Source: Candidatus Methylomirabilia bacterium
GTDB lineage: Bacteria; Methylomirabilota; Methylomirabilia; Rokubacteriales; CSP1-6
NCBI GenBank assembly: GCA_041492755.1
Contig: JBGPXN010000011.1
Location: forward strand, 1 to 47,672
Reading direction: 5' to 3'
DNA: 47,672 nt
The notes under the pieces were generated by a model, which saw nothing but the letters and a program-made list of their open reading frames with translations, was not told the DNA's origin and ran no database searches. Positions 30,664 through 40,254 of the stretch are shown one piece after another. Both the position numbers and the translations under genes were made by a program. Position 1 is the first letter of the stretch, and the number at the start of each line of letters is the position of its first letter.

Positions 30664-32034
30664 ATGATCTTCCAGCAGTTCCACAACGAAGACGCGGGCT
30701 GTCTGTCCTACCTGATCGGCTCGCCGCAGAGCGGAGAGGCCATCGTGGTCGATCCCGCGCGCGATCGGGTGGACGATTACCAGCGCCTGGCGCGCAAAAA
30801 GGGGCTGCGGATCAGGCGGATCGTGGAGACCCACACGCACGCCGATCACATCTCGGGTAACCGCGACCTCGCGGCACTCACCAAGGCCCCCATCGCGATG
30901 CACGCCAGCGCTCGCGCCGTCTTCGACCACGACTCGCTGCGGGACGGCGACGAGATCGAGCTCGGCGCGATCGTTCTCAAGGTCCTCCACACTCCCGGGC
31001 ACACGCCCGACAGCCTGTGCCTGCTCGCCACCGACCGCTCCCGCGGCGACCAGCCGTGGTTCGTGCTGACCGGCGACATGCTGTTCGTCGGCGACGTCGG
31101 CCGCCCGGACCTGGGCGGCGCGCAGGCCGCCGAGCAGGCGTGGCACAGCCTGCAGACCGTCCTGCTGCGGCTCGAGGACAGCGTCGAGGTCTATCCGGCC
31201 CACGGCGCGGGCTCGATGTGCGGTCGGGCCATGTCCTCGAAGTCCGCGTCCACGATCGGGTTCGAGCGGCGGTTCAACCCCGCTCTTCAGGCCACGAGCA
31301 TGGCGCACTTCGTGGACCAGCTCATGACGGGCTTGCCGCCCAAGCCGCCGTCGTTCGAGATCATCGTGGGCAAGAACCAGGGCGTGATCCCGCTGGTGCG
31401 GTCCAAGCCGCGGCCCATCAGCGCCAAGGAGACCGCGGAGGCCGTGGCGGCCGGCGCGTGCGTGCTCGACATTCGCGACTCCGCCGGCTACGGCGAGGCC
31501 CACGTCCCCGGGGCGCTCAACGTGTGGATCGACAGTCCCCAGTTCGCCGAACGCGTCGCCCTGTTCGCGCCTCCGGGCGCGCCACTTATTCTCGTCGCGT
31601 CGGGGCCGGGCGATGTGGACCGCGCGCTGCCCGGGCTTGCCCGGGTCGGCGTGGACGAGATCACAGGCTTTCTCCAGCACGGCATGGTCGAGTGGCGGAG
31701 CGCCGGCCTGCCGGTCGAGGACGTGCCGCAGATCACCCCGTACGACCTGGGCGAGCGGCTCGAAGAAGGCAAGGACGTCGTCGTCGTCGACGTCCGCGAG
31801 CTGTTCGAGTGGAACGAGGGACACATCGCCGGCGCCGTGCACGTGCCAATGAGCGAGGCGGGCCAACGCTGGTCGGAGTTGCCGAAGGGCCGGCCCAAGG
31901 CCGTGCTGTGCGCCGGTGGCTTGCGGTCGAGCACGGTGATCAGCGCGCTCAAGCGCCACGGACTCACGGGCTGGCTCAACGTGACCGGTGGCATGGCCGC
32001 CTGGCAGAGATCCGGTTATTCCGTCGAACGTTGA
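30664..32034 (+). CDS. MBL-fold persulfide dioxygenase fused to two rhodanese domains
   Basis: ETHTHADHISG, HTPGHTP, LTGDMLFVGDVGRPDL, PAHGAGS; C-terminal CAGGLRS active loop. Confidence 0.88.
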   Translation: MIFQQFHNEDAGCLSYLIGSPQSGEAIVVDPARDRVDDYQRLARKKGLRIRRIVETHTHADHISGNRDLAALTKAPIAMHASARAVFDHDSLRDGDEIELGAIVLKVLHTPGHTPDSLCLLATDRSRGDQPWFVLTGDMLFVGDVGRPDLGGAQAAEQAWHSLQTVLLRLEDSVEVYPAHGAGSMCGRAMSSKSASTIGFERRFNPALQATSMAHFVDQLMTGLPPKPPSFEIIVGKNQGVIPLVRSKPRPISAKETAEAVAAGACVLDIRDSAGYGEAHVPGALNVWIDSPQFAERVALFAPPGAPLILVASGPGDVDRALPGLARVGVDEITGFLQHGMVEWRSAGLPVEDVPQITPYDLGERLEEGKDVVVVDVRELFEWNEGHIAGAVHVPMSEAGQRWSELPKGRPKAVLCAGGLRSSTVISALKRHGLTGWLNVTGGMAAWQRSGYSVER

Positions 32035-32067
32035 TCGGAATTTAGCCGCTCCAATCTGAGATTCCAC

Positions 32068-32721
32068 ATGACGTTGCTCAACGTCGCCGTCGCCATGCTC
32101 GGGGTGCTGCTGGAAGCGCCCTTGCCCGTCGCCCTCGTTGCCAACGACGCCCCGGGGATCGTGAGCGGACGCGCCTATCAGGAGCGGGCCCGCCCCACCG
32201 CCGCCGACCTTCCCCTTCCCGGGGTCGAAGTCATGGTCGTGCCCCGCTCGGACGCGTTTCTCGAGCGGCTGGAGTCGATCAAGGCCCACGCGCGGGATTC
32301 GCTGCAGAATTACGAGACGGCGGCCACGGAGCTTCAGCTCGCGCGCGACGCGTACGAGCGGGAGTTGCAAGCGAGCGGGCGAGCCGGGACCGTCTTCAAG
32401 ACTGCCGTGAAGCCGGACGGGACGTTCAGCGTCGCGAATGTCCCCCTGGGCAGCTGGACCATCATCGGCGTCAAATCGGTCGTGTTGCGCCAGGACCGCA
32501 ATCTCGAAAGGAAGCTCGACAAGGACGCCAGCACGTTCATCCCGGTGCCCCGCTTGAAGGCCGTGCGCGACCTGACCATGTGGGTCAAGGACCTGACCGT
32601 GGCCTCGGGCGAGCCGGTCATCGTGGAGCTCACCGACCGCAACCTCTGGTTCAGCGGGGTGCTCGAGGAACGGAAGATGCTCCGGCCTGCTCCGCCCAAG
32701 AGCGGCGGCCACAAGCGCTAG
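32068..32721 (+). CDS. Hypothetical exported protein with carboxypeptidase-regulatory-like beta domain
   Basis: Signal-like N-terminus, G.VSGR...LPGVEV...PDGTFSVANVPLGSWTI. Confidence 0.65.
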   Translation: MTLLNVAVAMLGVLLEAPLPVALVANDAPGIVSGRAYQERARPTAADLPLPGVEVMVVPRSDAFLERLESIKAHARDSLQNYETAATELQLARDAYERELQASGRAGTVFKTAVKPDGTFSVANVPLGSWTIIGVKSVVLRQDRNLERKLDKDASTFIPVPRLKAVRDLTMWVKDLTVASGEPVIVELTDRNLWFSGVLEERKMLRPAPPKSGGHKR

Positions 32722-33578
32722 GACGTGCCCCGCCAGCGCTCGTCTGCGCGCATGCGCGCGAGCCCGTCGTCGAGCGACGGAAGCGCCAGCCCCAGCTCGC
32801 CGCGAGCGCGATCGACCCGCAGACCGAGCGCGCGCGGGCGCGAGTGATCGCCCGCCGGGGTCGCCGCGGCGGTCACGAGCCCGGCGTCGAGACCGAAGGC
32901 GCGGGCGACGGCGGTAGCGAAGCGGGCCATGCTCACGGGCTCGGCGCCGGGCAGATGCAGCAGACCCTCGACACGGCACTCAACGAGTTGGCCAAGAATT
33001 CGCGCGAGATCAACAACATAGATGGGACTACGTAACATGTCGGTGTATCCAGTGACCCGCCGCCCGCCGCGCAACATCCGCACGATACGATCGGCGAAGT
33101 TCACGTAGCGGCCCGGCACGGACCAGCCGTAAATCAGGCTGGTCCGCACGACGAGGGACGAGCCGCCGGCCCGGGCGACCGCCTCCTCCGCCGCGAGCTT
33201 GGTGCGTCCGTAGGCGGTGATCGGATTTGGCCCGTCGCTTTCGGCGTACGGGCCGGCCGCGCCATCGAAGACCGAGTCGGTCGACAACAGCACCAGGTGG
33301 GCACCGATCTCGCGGCTCAACGCGGCGACGTTCGCCGTCCCGACCACGTTGACCTGCCAGCCGGTGTCGGGGTCGGCGGCGACGTCGTCGATCAGCGACA
33401 TGGCGGCCAGATGCACGACCACGTCGGGGCGGCCGTTGCGACCGAGCACTGCCAACGCCGCGGCATCGCGCACGTCCACGCGCCGATCCGCGGGCTGCAC
33501 GGCGTGCCCGCCCGCCTGTAACGCGGGGACGAGGGCGCGGCCCAGGAACCCGGTCGCCCCGGTCACGAGGACCCGCAT
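32718..33578 (-). CDS. Extended SDR, RmlD-like (dTDP-4-dehydrorhamnose reductase family)
   Basis: VLVTGATGFLG, LSTDSVFDG, YGRTK. Confidence 0.85.
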   Translation of the reverse strand: MRVLVTGATGFLGRALVPALQAGGHAVQPADRRVDVRDAAALAVLGRNGRPDVVVHLAAMSLIDDVAADPDTGWQVNVVGTANVAALSREIGAHLVLLSTDSVFDGAAGPYAESDGPNPITAYGRTKLAAEEAVARAGGSSLVVRTSLIYGWSVPGRYVNFADRIVRMLRGGRRVTGYTDMLRSPIYVVDLARILGQLVECRVEGLLHLPGAEPVSMARFATAVARAFGLDAGLVTAAATPAGDHSRPRALGLRVDRARGELGLALPSLDDGLARMRADERWRGTS

Positions 33579-33585
33579 CCGCCTC

Positions 33586-33728
33586 TCAGAGCCTGTAAGG
33601 AAATTTGAGGGACGCCACGGCTCCGCCGCGGCGCTGCCGAGCGCTCGGGATGTCGAGGCGCGCCCCGGGTTTCCCGGGGCGCGGCCGAGCGCTGGGGGGT
33701 ATGGGGGGCCATGTCGGGGCCCCCCATG
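33586..33728 (+). repeat. Dispersed modular palindromic repeat, copy 2 (internal module duplicated)
   Basis: TCAGAGCCTGTAAGGAAATT...CGCCCCGGGTTTCCCGGGGCG...GGGGGGTATGGGGGGCCATGTCGGGGCCCCCCATG. Confidence 0.85.
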
Positions 33729-33731
33729 TTC

Positions 33732-34271
33732 TCAGATCGGCCAGCTGGCCAAGCGGGCGCGCGCGCGACGCAGCAGCACGAGCGGGGGAAAGCGATGACC
33801 GATCCCCAGCATGGCGAGTGGGATGAGGACGAGCCGGAACGTCACGTACCACCAGCGCCGGTCCCGCAGGGGCGTTGGGACCAGGATCAATCGCAGTCCC
33901 GCGCGGCGCAGCAGCGCACGCGCCTGGACGAGCTGCAGGCGGTTGGAGACGCAGACGAGCGCGTCGATTCCACGCTCGCGCGCCGTCGTCGCCACGTTGA
34001 CCGCCTCCTGCGAGGTGTCGAGAGTCACCGCGGTCGTGAGCCGGGCCGAGCAGACCACGGCGTCGGCGGGAACCCCGGAGGCCACGAGCTTGTCCCGAAG
34101 CGTCTGCTCCACCGGTATCGGGTATTGCGCGGACCGCGAGCCGAAGATCCAGATCGGCAGGCCGAGCTCGCGCTGCAGCCGCGCCGCCGCCTGCACGCGC
34201 ACGTCGGCCTCGTCCGTCTCGGGATACGTGCAGAGCAGCCAGATCACCGCACGCGCCCCCGGCGGGATCAT
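33732..34271 (-). CDS. YdcF/DUF218-like protein
   Basis: L...GVPADAV, LDTSQEA, VSNRLQLVQA (variant of T..YH..RA), hydrophobic C-terminus. Confidence 0.6.
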   Translation of the reverse strand: MIPPGARAVIWLLCTYPETDEADVRVQAAARLQRELGLPIWIFGSRSAQYPIPVEQTLRDKLVASGVPADAVVCSARLTTAVTLDTSQEAVNVATTARERGIDALVCVSNRLQLVQARALLRRAGLRLILVPTPLRDRRWWYVTFRLVLIPLAMLGIGHRFPPLVLLRRARARLASWPI

Positions 34272-35068
34272 CGGCGCTCGTGCCGGTGGATCAGCCGCAG
34301 CACGAGCCGATCCACCACGGCCGGTGCGAACAGATTGAGGGCCAGCGCGAGCCGGCGCCGCACGGGTTGGGCGATCGCCTCGGCGCCGGGCCGGCGAATC
34401 ACGCGAAGGATCCGGGCGGCCACCTGTTCGGCCGACTCCACGGGGCCGACGAGCCCGACGTGATGGGACGTTCGCCGCACCGCCGCGTCGAAAAACGGTG
34501 TCCGCGTCGCCCCCGGCAGCACGAGGCTCACGCGGATCCCGGTGCCGAGCAGCTCGGCGCGCAGCGACTCCGTCAGTCCGACGACGCCGAATTTGGCCGC
34601 GCAGTAGGCGCCCACGTACGGCGAGCCGCGCCGTCCCGCCGTCGAGGCGACGTTGACGATGTGGCCGGCGCCTTGCCGGCGCATCACCGGCAGCGCAGCC
34701 TTGACGCCGTGAAAGACGCTCTCGAGGTTGACCGCGAGCATCTGGCGCAGGTCGGCCTCCGTGGTCTCCTCCACGGTGGCAAACACGGCGGCCCCGGCGT
34801 TGTTGACCAAGACGTCGAGCCGCCCGAAGCGCGCCAGAGAACGCTCGACCGCGTCAACCAGCTCCGCGGCGACGGTGACGTCGGCCGGCACCGCCACTGC
34901 CGTTCCGCCGGCGGCTTCGATTACGCGCGCCACGGCGGCCAGCCGCTCCGCCCGCCGGGCGACGAGCGTCACGCGCGCGCCGGCCCGCCCGAGCGCCAGC
35001 GCCGTGGCCTCGCCGATGCCGCTGGACGCTCCCGTCACCAGCACCGCCTTGCCGGCCAGGTCAGGCAT
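34268..35068 (-). CDS. Classical SDR oxidoreductase
   Basis: TGASSGIG, NNAG, YCAAK. Confidence 0.92.
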   Translation of the reverse strand: MPDLAGKAVLVTGASSGIGEATALALGRAGARVTLVARRAERLAAVARVIEAAGGTAVAVPADVTVAAELVDAVERSLARFGRLDVLVNNAGAAVFATVEETTEADLRQMLAVNLESVFHGVKAALPVMRRQGAGHIVNVASTAGRRGSPYVGAYCAAKFGVVGLTESLRAELLGTGIRVSLVLPGATRTPFFDAAVRRTSHHVGLVGPVESAEQVAARILRVIRRPGAEAIAQPVRRRLALALNLFAPAVVDRLVLRLIHRHERR

Positions 35069-35678
35069 CGGCGTCGGTCGCCACGCGGGCGTGCGCGCGC
35101 ACCTCACGCCAGCGGAAGCAGTCGCGCGTGTGGTCGTTCACCATGCCAGTGGCCTGCATGAACGCGTAGCAGATCGTGGGCCCGACGAAACCGAAGCCGC
35201 GTCGGCGCAGATCCGCGCTCATCACGCCCGCGGCGTCGGACGTCGCGGGAACCTCGCTCGCCGATCGCCAGGCGTTCTGCACCGGCCGACCGCCGACGAA
35301 TCGCCAGACGTAGGCCGCGAAGCTGCCGTGCTCCCGCTGCACCTCGAGGAATGCTCGCGCGTTCGCGGCCGCCGCCGCGACTTTGGCCCGGTTGCGGACG
35401 ATCCCTTCATTCGCGAGCAGCCGGGCCGTATCCCGTGCGGTGAACCGGGCGACCACACGCGGATCGAATCGCGCGAAGGCCACGCGATACGCGGCACGCT
35501 TGCGGAGAATCGTCGACCAGCTCAGCCCGGCCTGCGCGCCTTCGAGGATCAGGAACTCGAACAGCCGGCGATCCGAGTGGACGGGCACACCCCACTCCGC
35601 ATCGTGGTAGCGGATGTCGGGGGCCCCGCGCGCCCATCCACAACGGCGACGAGTGTCGGGAGACGGCGCGGCCGTCAA
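35061..35678 (-). CDS. tag: DNA-3-methyladenine glycosylase I
   Basis: RCGW, YHDAEWG, LEGAQAGLSW, IVRNRAK, FVGPTICYAFMQATGMVNDH...C; start uncertain. Confidence 0.93.
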   Translation of the reverse strand: MTAAPSPDTRRRCGWARGAPDIRYHDAEWGVPVHSDRRLFEFLILEGAQAGLSWSTILRKRAAYRVAFARFDPRVVARFTARDTARLLANEGIVRNRAKVAAAAANARAFLEVQREHGSFAAYVWRFVGGRPVQNAWRSASEVPATSDAAGVMSADLRRRGFGFVGPTICYAFMQATGMVNDHTRDCFRWREVRAHARVATDADA

Positions 35679-35835
35679 GGCAGCACGATGAGACGTGGAT
35701 GCGGCGGCATGCCTGGCCGTCATTCTTGCACGGTTCGCGGCCGGCGGCGCCTTGACAGGCGCGAGGAGCGCCCCCCATCATCACGCCCGTCCCAGAGCAT
35801 CGCGCAATCCGCGTCCCCGGAGGCATCGATCGGAC

Positions 35836-36606
35836 ATGGCCACCGACGACGTCATGCAGGTCATCGAGCAGGTGCGCGCGTGGATCGAAGGCGCGCAGCG
35901 CGTGGTGGCGCTGACCGGCGCCGGCATCTCGACCGATTCCGGGATCCCGGACTTCCGCGGCCCGCAAGGAGTGTGGACGCGCAATCCGGGCGCCGAGAAG
36001 ATGTCGACGCTCCAGCACTACATGGCCGACCCCGACGTCCGGAAGCAGTCGTGGCAGAGCCGGCTCGAGTCCAAGGCGTGGCTCGCCGAGCCCAACGCCG
36101 GCCACCGCGCGCTGGTGGCCCTCGAGCGCCGCGGCAAGCTCGACACCCTCATCACCCAGAACATCGACGGCCTGCACCTGCAGGCCGGCTCGGCGCGCGA
36201 GCGGGTCGTCGAGATCCACGGCACCCACCGCGACGTCGTCTGCCTGTCGTGCGGTGATCGGGCGCCGATGGAACGTGCGCTCGATCGCGTACGGGCCGGT
36301 GAACACGATCCAGCCTGCCGGACGTGCGGCGGCATCCTCAAGGCCGCGACGATCTCGTTCGGGCAAGGCCTGGTGCCGGAGGACCTCATGCGCGCCGAGC
36401 AGGCAGCCCGTCGCTGCGATCTCATGCTCGCCGTGGGCAGCACGCTCTCGGTCTACCCGATCGCGGGTGTGGTGCCCGTGGCCAAGCAGAGTGGGGCGCG
36501 CGTCGTGATCCTCAACGCCCAGCCGACCGAGATGGACTCCATGGCCGATGCGATCCTGCGCGGCTCGATCAGCGAAGTGCTGCCCCAGCTCATCGGCGAG
36601 CGCTGA
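35836..36606 (+). CDS. cobB: Sir2-family NAD-dependent protein deacylase
   Basis: TGAGISTDSGIPDFRG, ITQNIDGLH, EIHG, two CxxC, GSTL.VYP. Confidence 0.92.
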   Translation: MATDDVMQVIEQVRAWIEGAQRVVALTGAGISTDSGIPDFRGPQGVWTRNPGAEKMSTLQHYMADPDVRKQSWQSRLESKAWLAEPNAGHRALVALERRGKLDTLITQNIDGLHLQAGSARERVVEIHGTHRDVVCLSCGDRAPMERALDRVRAGEHDPACRTCGGILKAATISFGQGLVPEDLMRAEQAARRCDLMLAVGSTLSVYPIAGVVPVAKQSGARVVILNAQPTEMDSMADAILRGSISEVLPQLIGER

Positions 36607-36623
36607 GCGCGGCTCGCCCCGAG

Positions 36624-36717
36624 TCAGAGGGTGTAAGGGAATTCGAGGAGCGCCACGGCTCCGCCGGGGCGCTCCGAGCGCTGGGGGGCATGGGGGGCCA
36701 TATCGGGGCCCCCCATG
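36624..36717 (+). repeat. Dispersed modular palindromic repeat, copy 3
   Basis: TCAGAGGGTGTAAGGGAATT...CATGGGGGGCC-ATATCGG-GGCCCCCCATG, between convergent genes. Confidence 0.85.
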
Positions 36718-36721
36718 GCAC

Positions 36722-37567
36722 TCAACTCGGCTCGACGATCTCGACGGCGAGATAGGCGTCGCCGGGAGGACCGCCGGGCACGCCGCGGCCCTTGCCGCGC
36801 AACCGCAGCCGCGTTCCCGCCCGGATCCCCGGCGGAATGCGCACGAGCACGTCGTGCCCGCGCTGGCCGGCGGCAAGCGTGACACGCCGGGCGCCGCCCG
36901 CCCGCGCCTCGGCGGCCGTCAAGTGCAATGGGACCGTGATGTCGCGGTCCGACGCGGTGCCGACCGCGGTCGCGGTCGTTGCCGAGAGGCCGAGCAGCCG
37001 ACGGCCGACGCGCACGAATCGTCCCACCAACCCGGCCGCCTCCGGCAGCGTCTCGGGAGCGCGCGGTGGCATGCTGGGGGCGGCCGTCGCCCGCACCGCG
37101 GCGCGGAAGAGGCGGAACAGCGCGAGGACGGGCATGAGCGGCGAGACGACGACGACGGCGCCCGTCACCACGGTACGCCCGCCGAACAGCGTCTGGTGGA
37201 AGGTGTGGCGGTCCACGCGCATGCCCATCCGCTCGAACTCCCGGGCCAGCTCCTCGAAGACGGCGCTGGCGCGGGGATCGGCGAACAGGTCACGGAACAC
37301 GGTGTCGCGATTCGGGCGGAAGTCACCCGCCGTGCCGTGCTTCCGGACAAGGTCGTATTCCCGGCGCTTGGCGGGATCGATCAGGATCGCGTAGGCTTCG
37401 CTGATCTCCTTGAACCGGTCGCTCGCGGTGGGGTCCTGCTGGTTGCGGTCGGGATGCCACCGCAGGGCGAGCTGCCGGTAGGCCTTGCGGATCTCGTCCT
37501 CGGTGGCCTCGGGGCTCACCGCGAGGGCACGGTAGTAGTCGACGTCGAAACGCGAGCGCGGCGCCAT
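36722..37567 (-). CDS. J-domain protein (CbpA/DnaJ-like, no Zn finger)
   Basis: DYYRAL, KAYRQLALRWHPD, FKEISEAY; C-terminal IPPGIRAG..LRLRGKG...GDAYL. Confidence 0.9.
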   Translation of the reverse strand: MAPRSRFDVDYYRALAVSPEATEDEIRKAYRQLALRWHPDRNQQDPTASDRFKEISEAYAILIDPAKRREYDLVRKHGTAGDFRPNRDTVFRDLFADPRASAVFEELAREFERMGMRVDRHTFHQTLFGGRTVVTGAVVVVSPLMPVLALFRLFRAAVRATAAPSMPPRAPETLPEAAGLVGRFVRVGRRLLGLSATTATAVGTASDRDITVPLHLTAAEARAGGARRVTLAAGQRGHDVLVRIPPGIRAGTRLRLRGKGRGVPGGPPGDAYLAVEIVEPS

Positions 37568-37641
37568 CGGCTCCAGGATACCAGCCACCCCTATGGCATC
37601 AGGGGCTCGCATCGACTGGAACGACCGGGCGACGGATTGAC

Positions 37642-38084
37642 GTGGCCGCGGCGTCCGCGATCGTCTCCGCCCTGCACGTCCTGGCCCTCGCCCTCGGGCT
37701 CGCCGCCGTCTTCCTCCGGGACGCGCGCTCAAAGCGCCGCTCGACGATCGCGGCATCGCGCGCGTGTTGGCCGCCGACAACGTGTGGGGCATCGCCGGGC
37801 TGCTCTGGATCACCACCGGGCTCTTGCGCGCCTTCGGTGGCCTGGAAAAAGGCGCGGCGTTCTATCTCTCGTCACACCTCTTCTGGACCAAGATGGCGCT
37901 CTTCGTCGCCGTGCTCTTGCTCGAGATCCTGCCGATGGCAACCTTCATCCGCTGGCGCATCCGCCTCGGGCGCCGCCAACCGCCCGACGTCAGCGGCGGG
38001 CGCCTTCTCTACACCCTCAACCACCTCGAGCTCGCCCTCGTGGTGGTGATCGTCTTCGTCGCCGCCTTCATGGCCCGCGGCTAG
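37642..38084 (+). pseudogene. DUF2214-like membrane protein with a 1-nt frameshift
   Basis: One G missing at about 37718-37720; restoring it joins LHVLAL...VFLR to RALK...ADNVWGIAG..TGLLRAFGGLEKG..FY...FWTKM. Confidence 0.7.
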
Positions 38085-39625
38085 TTCACCTTCCGCTCGC
38101 GGCCAGCCCAGTACGGCTCGCGGAGCTTGAACTTCTGCAGCTTGCCGGTCGCGGTTCGGACCAGGCTCTCGCGCACCTCGACCGACGTTGGGCACTTGAA
38201 GTGGGCCAGGCGGCCGCGGGCGAACTCGATGAGCTCGCTCTCGGTCGCCCTCGTCCCCGGGCGCAGCACGACCAGCGCCTTGATGGTCTCGCCCCACTTC
38301 TCGTCGGGCACGCCGATGACGGCCACCTCGGCCACCGCGGGGTGCTGGTAGAGACAGTCCTCCACCTCGATCGACGAGACGTTCTCGCCGCCGGTGATGA
38401 TGACGTCCTTCTTGCGATCGGCGATCACGATGAACGGCCCGTCGGTGTGCCCGCCGTCGCCGGTGTGAAACCACCCGTCCACGATCGCCGTCGCCGTCTC
38501 CTGCGGCTGGTTCCAGTAGCCTTCGAAGACGTGGTTGGAGCGCGCCAGGATCTCGCCGTTGGCGTCGACGGCCATGCGAACGCCGACGGCGGGTACACCG
38601 GCGCGTGACAGGCGGCGGGCGCGCTCGTCGGCCGGCAGGCCGTCCCATTCGGCGGGCGCGCGATTGAACGTCAGCAGCGGCGACGTCTCGGTCAGGCCGT
38701 AGATCTGGATGAACTCCCAGCCGAGCTCCGCCTCCACCCGCTCCACCGTCTTCGACGGCGGCGGCGCTCCCGCCACCACGACGCGGACCCGTCCCTGGCC
38801 CGGAATGCTCTCCCCGCGCTTCCGCCGCGCGGCGGCGGCGTCGAGCACGGCCGCGATCACGGCCGGGGCACAGTTGAAGATCGTCACGCCTTCGCGGTCG
38901 ACCCGGCGCAGAATCTCTTCGCCGTCGACCCTGCGCACGATCACCTGCCGGGCGCCGATGGCCGTGACCGCGTACGGCATGCCCCAGCCGTTGCAGTGGA
39001 ACGTGGGCAGCGTGTGCAGATAGACGTCGCGATCGGACAGGCCGAGGTGCCAGCCGAACGTCACCGCGTTCAGCCAGCAGCCGCGATGCGTGAGCTGCAC
39101 GCCCTTCGGCTTCGCCGTCGTGCCCGAGGTGTAGTTGATCGACACGGTCGCGTTCTCGTCGGTGACGCGGCCGCGCGGCGAGGCGTTGCGCCGGCCGAAG
39201 AGCTGCGCGTCGGTGGCCGTGCCCAGGACGAATCGGTGCTTGAAGGGCAGGCGCCGGAGCGGCTCGTCCATCTCGGGATCGATGAGGCCGACGGTCGCGC
39301 CCGAATGCTCGACGACGTAGGCGATCTCTTCCGCGTTCAGCCGGTAATTGACGGGCACCAACGCGCGCCCGTAGACGCTGACGCCGAAGAGCGCGATCAG
39401 GAAGCGCGCCGCGTTGGGCGAGACGATGGCCACGCGCTCGTCGCCCGCCACGCCCAGATCGTCGAGGGCGGCGGCCAGGCTGCGGGACATGTCGGCGAAC
39501 TGCCGGTAGGTCAGTCGACCGAGCCCCCCGCCCGGCGGGTTCGGCTCGTCGACGATGGCCTCGCGGTCGCCGTACACGAGCTCGGCGCGCTCGAGGAAGT
39601 CGGCCAGCGTGAGCGGGACGATCAT
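38081..39625 (-). CDS. Acyl-CoA synthetase (AMP-binding, ttLC_FACS/AlkK-like)
   Basis: YTSGTTAKPKG, FHCNGWG, YGLTET, WFHTGDGG, DRKKDVIITGGENVSS, TATGKLQK. Confidence 0.92.
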   Translation of the reverse strand: MIVPLTLADFLERAELVYGDREAIVDEPNPPGGGLGRLTYRQFADMSRSLAAALDDLGVAGDERVAIVSPNAARFLIALFGVSVYGRALVPVNYRLNAEEIAYVVEHSGATVGLIDPEMDEPLRRLPFKHRFVLGTATDAQLFGRRNASPRGRVTDENATVSINYTSGTTAKPKGVQLTHRGCWLNAVTFGWHLGLSDRDVYLHTLPTFHCNGWGMPYAVTAIGARQVIVRRVDGEEILRRVDREGVTIFNCAPAVIAAVLDAAAARRKRGESIPGQGRVRVVVAGAPPPSKTVERVEAELGWEFIQIYGLTETSPLLTFNRAPAEWDGLPADERARRLSRAGVPAVGVRMAVDANGEILARSNHVFEGYWNQPQETATAIVDGWFHTGDGGHTDGPFIVIADRKKDVIITGGENVSSIEVEDCLYQHPAVAEVAVIGVPDEKWGETIKALVVLRPGTRATESELIEFARGRLAHFKCPTSVEVRESLVRTATGKLQKFKLREPYWAGRERKVN

Positions 39626-39825
39626 GGTGCGTCTCCCTTCCGTCCGCAGTGCCGGCGCGCAGCGCGTCCGGTGGAAGGATGGTAGACGACCGCGGCCCGG
39701 CCCGGCAAGGCGGGGAGAGTTGCGGCGCCCGCCCCGGCTGATCGGGCTCGCCCTCTCGGTGGGCTATGATCGAGGTGGTCTTTCGCACCCGTCGATCGCA
39801 CGACGGGGCGCGCGAGCGCCGGCGC

Positions 39826-40254
39826 TCAGCGGCGCGGAGCGCCGGTCGCCACCACGTTGACCTTCACTGCGGTCGCGGCCGCGACCGTACGGTAGAGGGG
39901 TCAACGCCCTCGGTACGTCTCGACCAGGCCCTCCGCCTGCTCCTGGGTCACGCCGGCCATCTCGAAGGTCAGCGTGACGGCGGCAAACCGGGTGGGATCG
40001 ACGTTCAGCCGCGAGCCCTCGATCGTCACGTCCAGGCGAGTGAGCGGGACTCCGGTGTCCTTCGCGTGCCCTTCGATCAGCGTGACGCCGCAGGAGGAGA
40101 TGCCCGCCAAAAACGCTTCGCCGTTGGTGAACGCGTCGGGCTGCGGGCGTCCCGACGAATCGAGGAAGAGTCGGTGGCCGCGTGCCTCGCTCTGCGCCCG
40201 CCCGATCACCCCGCTGCTCGACGACCGCACCGTATCGACCTTCGCGTCGCTCAT
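39826..40254 (-). CDS. OsmC/Ohr-family protein, probable selenoprotein (UGA at 39901-39903)
   Basis: FLAGISSC first Cys; in-frame TGA in YRGR-U-PLY at the second-Cys position; 24 further sense codons; SECIS-like hairpin follows. Confidence 0.8.
39855..39906 (-). promoter_or_regulatory. Bacterial SECIS-like stem-loop
   Basis: CGUUGACC-CCUCUACCGUA-CGGUCGC-GGCC-GCGACCG-CAGUGAA-GGUCAACG; apical loop starts with G, 20 nt after the UGA. Confidence 0.7.

Noticed and set aside
35836..36606. Sir2 protein as an anti-phage NADase (Thoeris/DSR-like)
   Set aside because: Canonical CobB-type sirtuin with Zn-binding CxxC pairs, host-like codon usage and housekeeping neighbours
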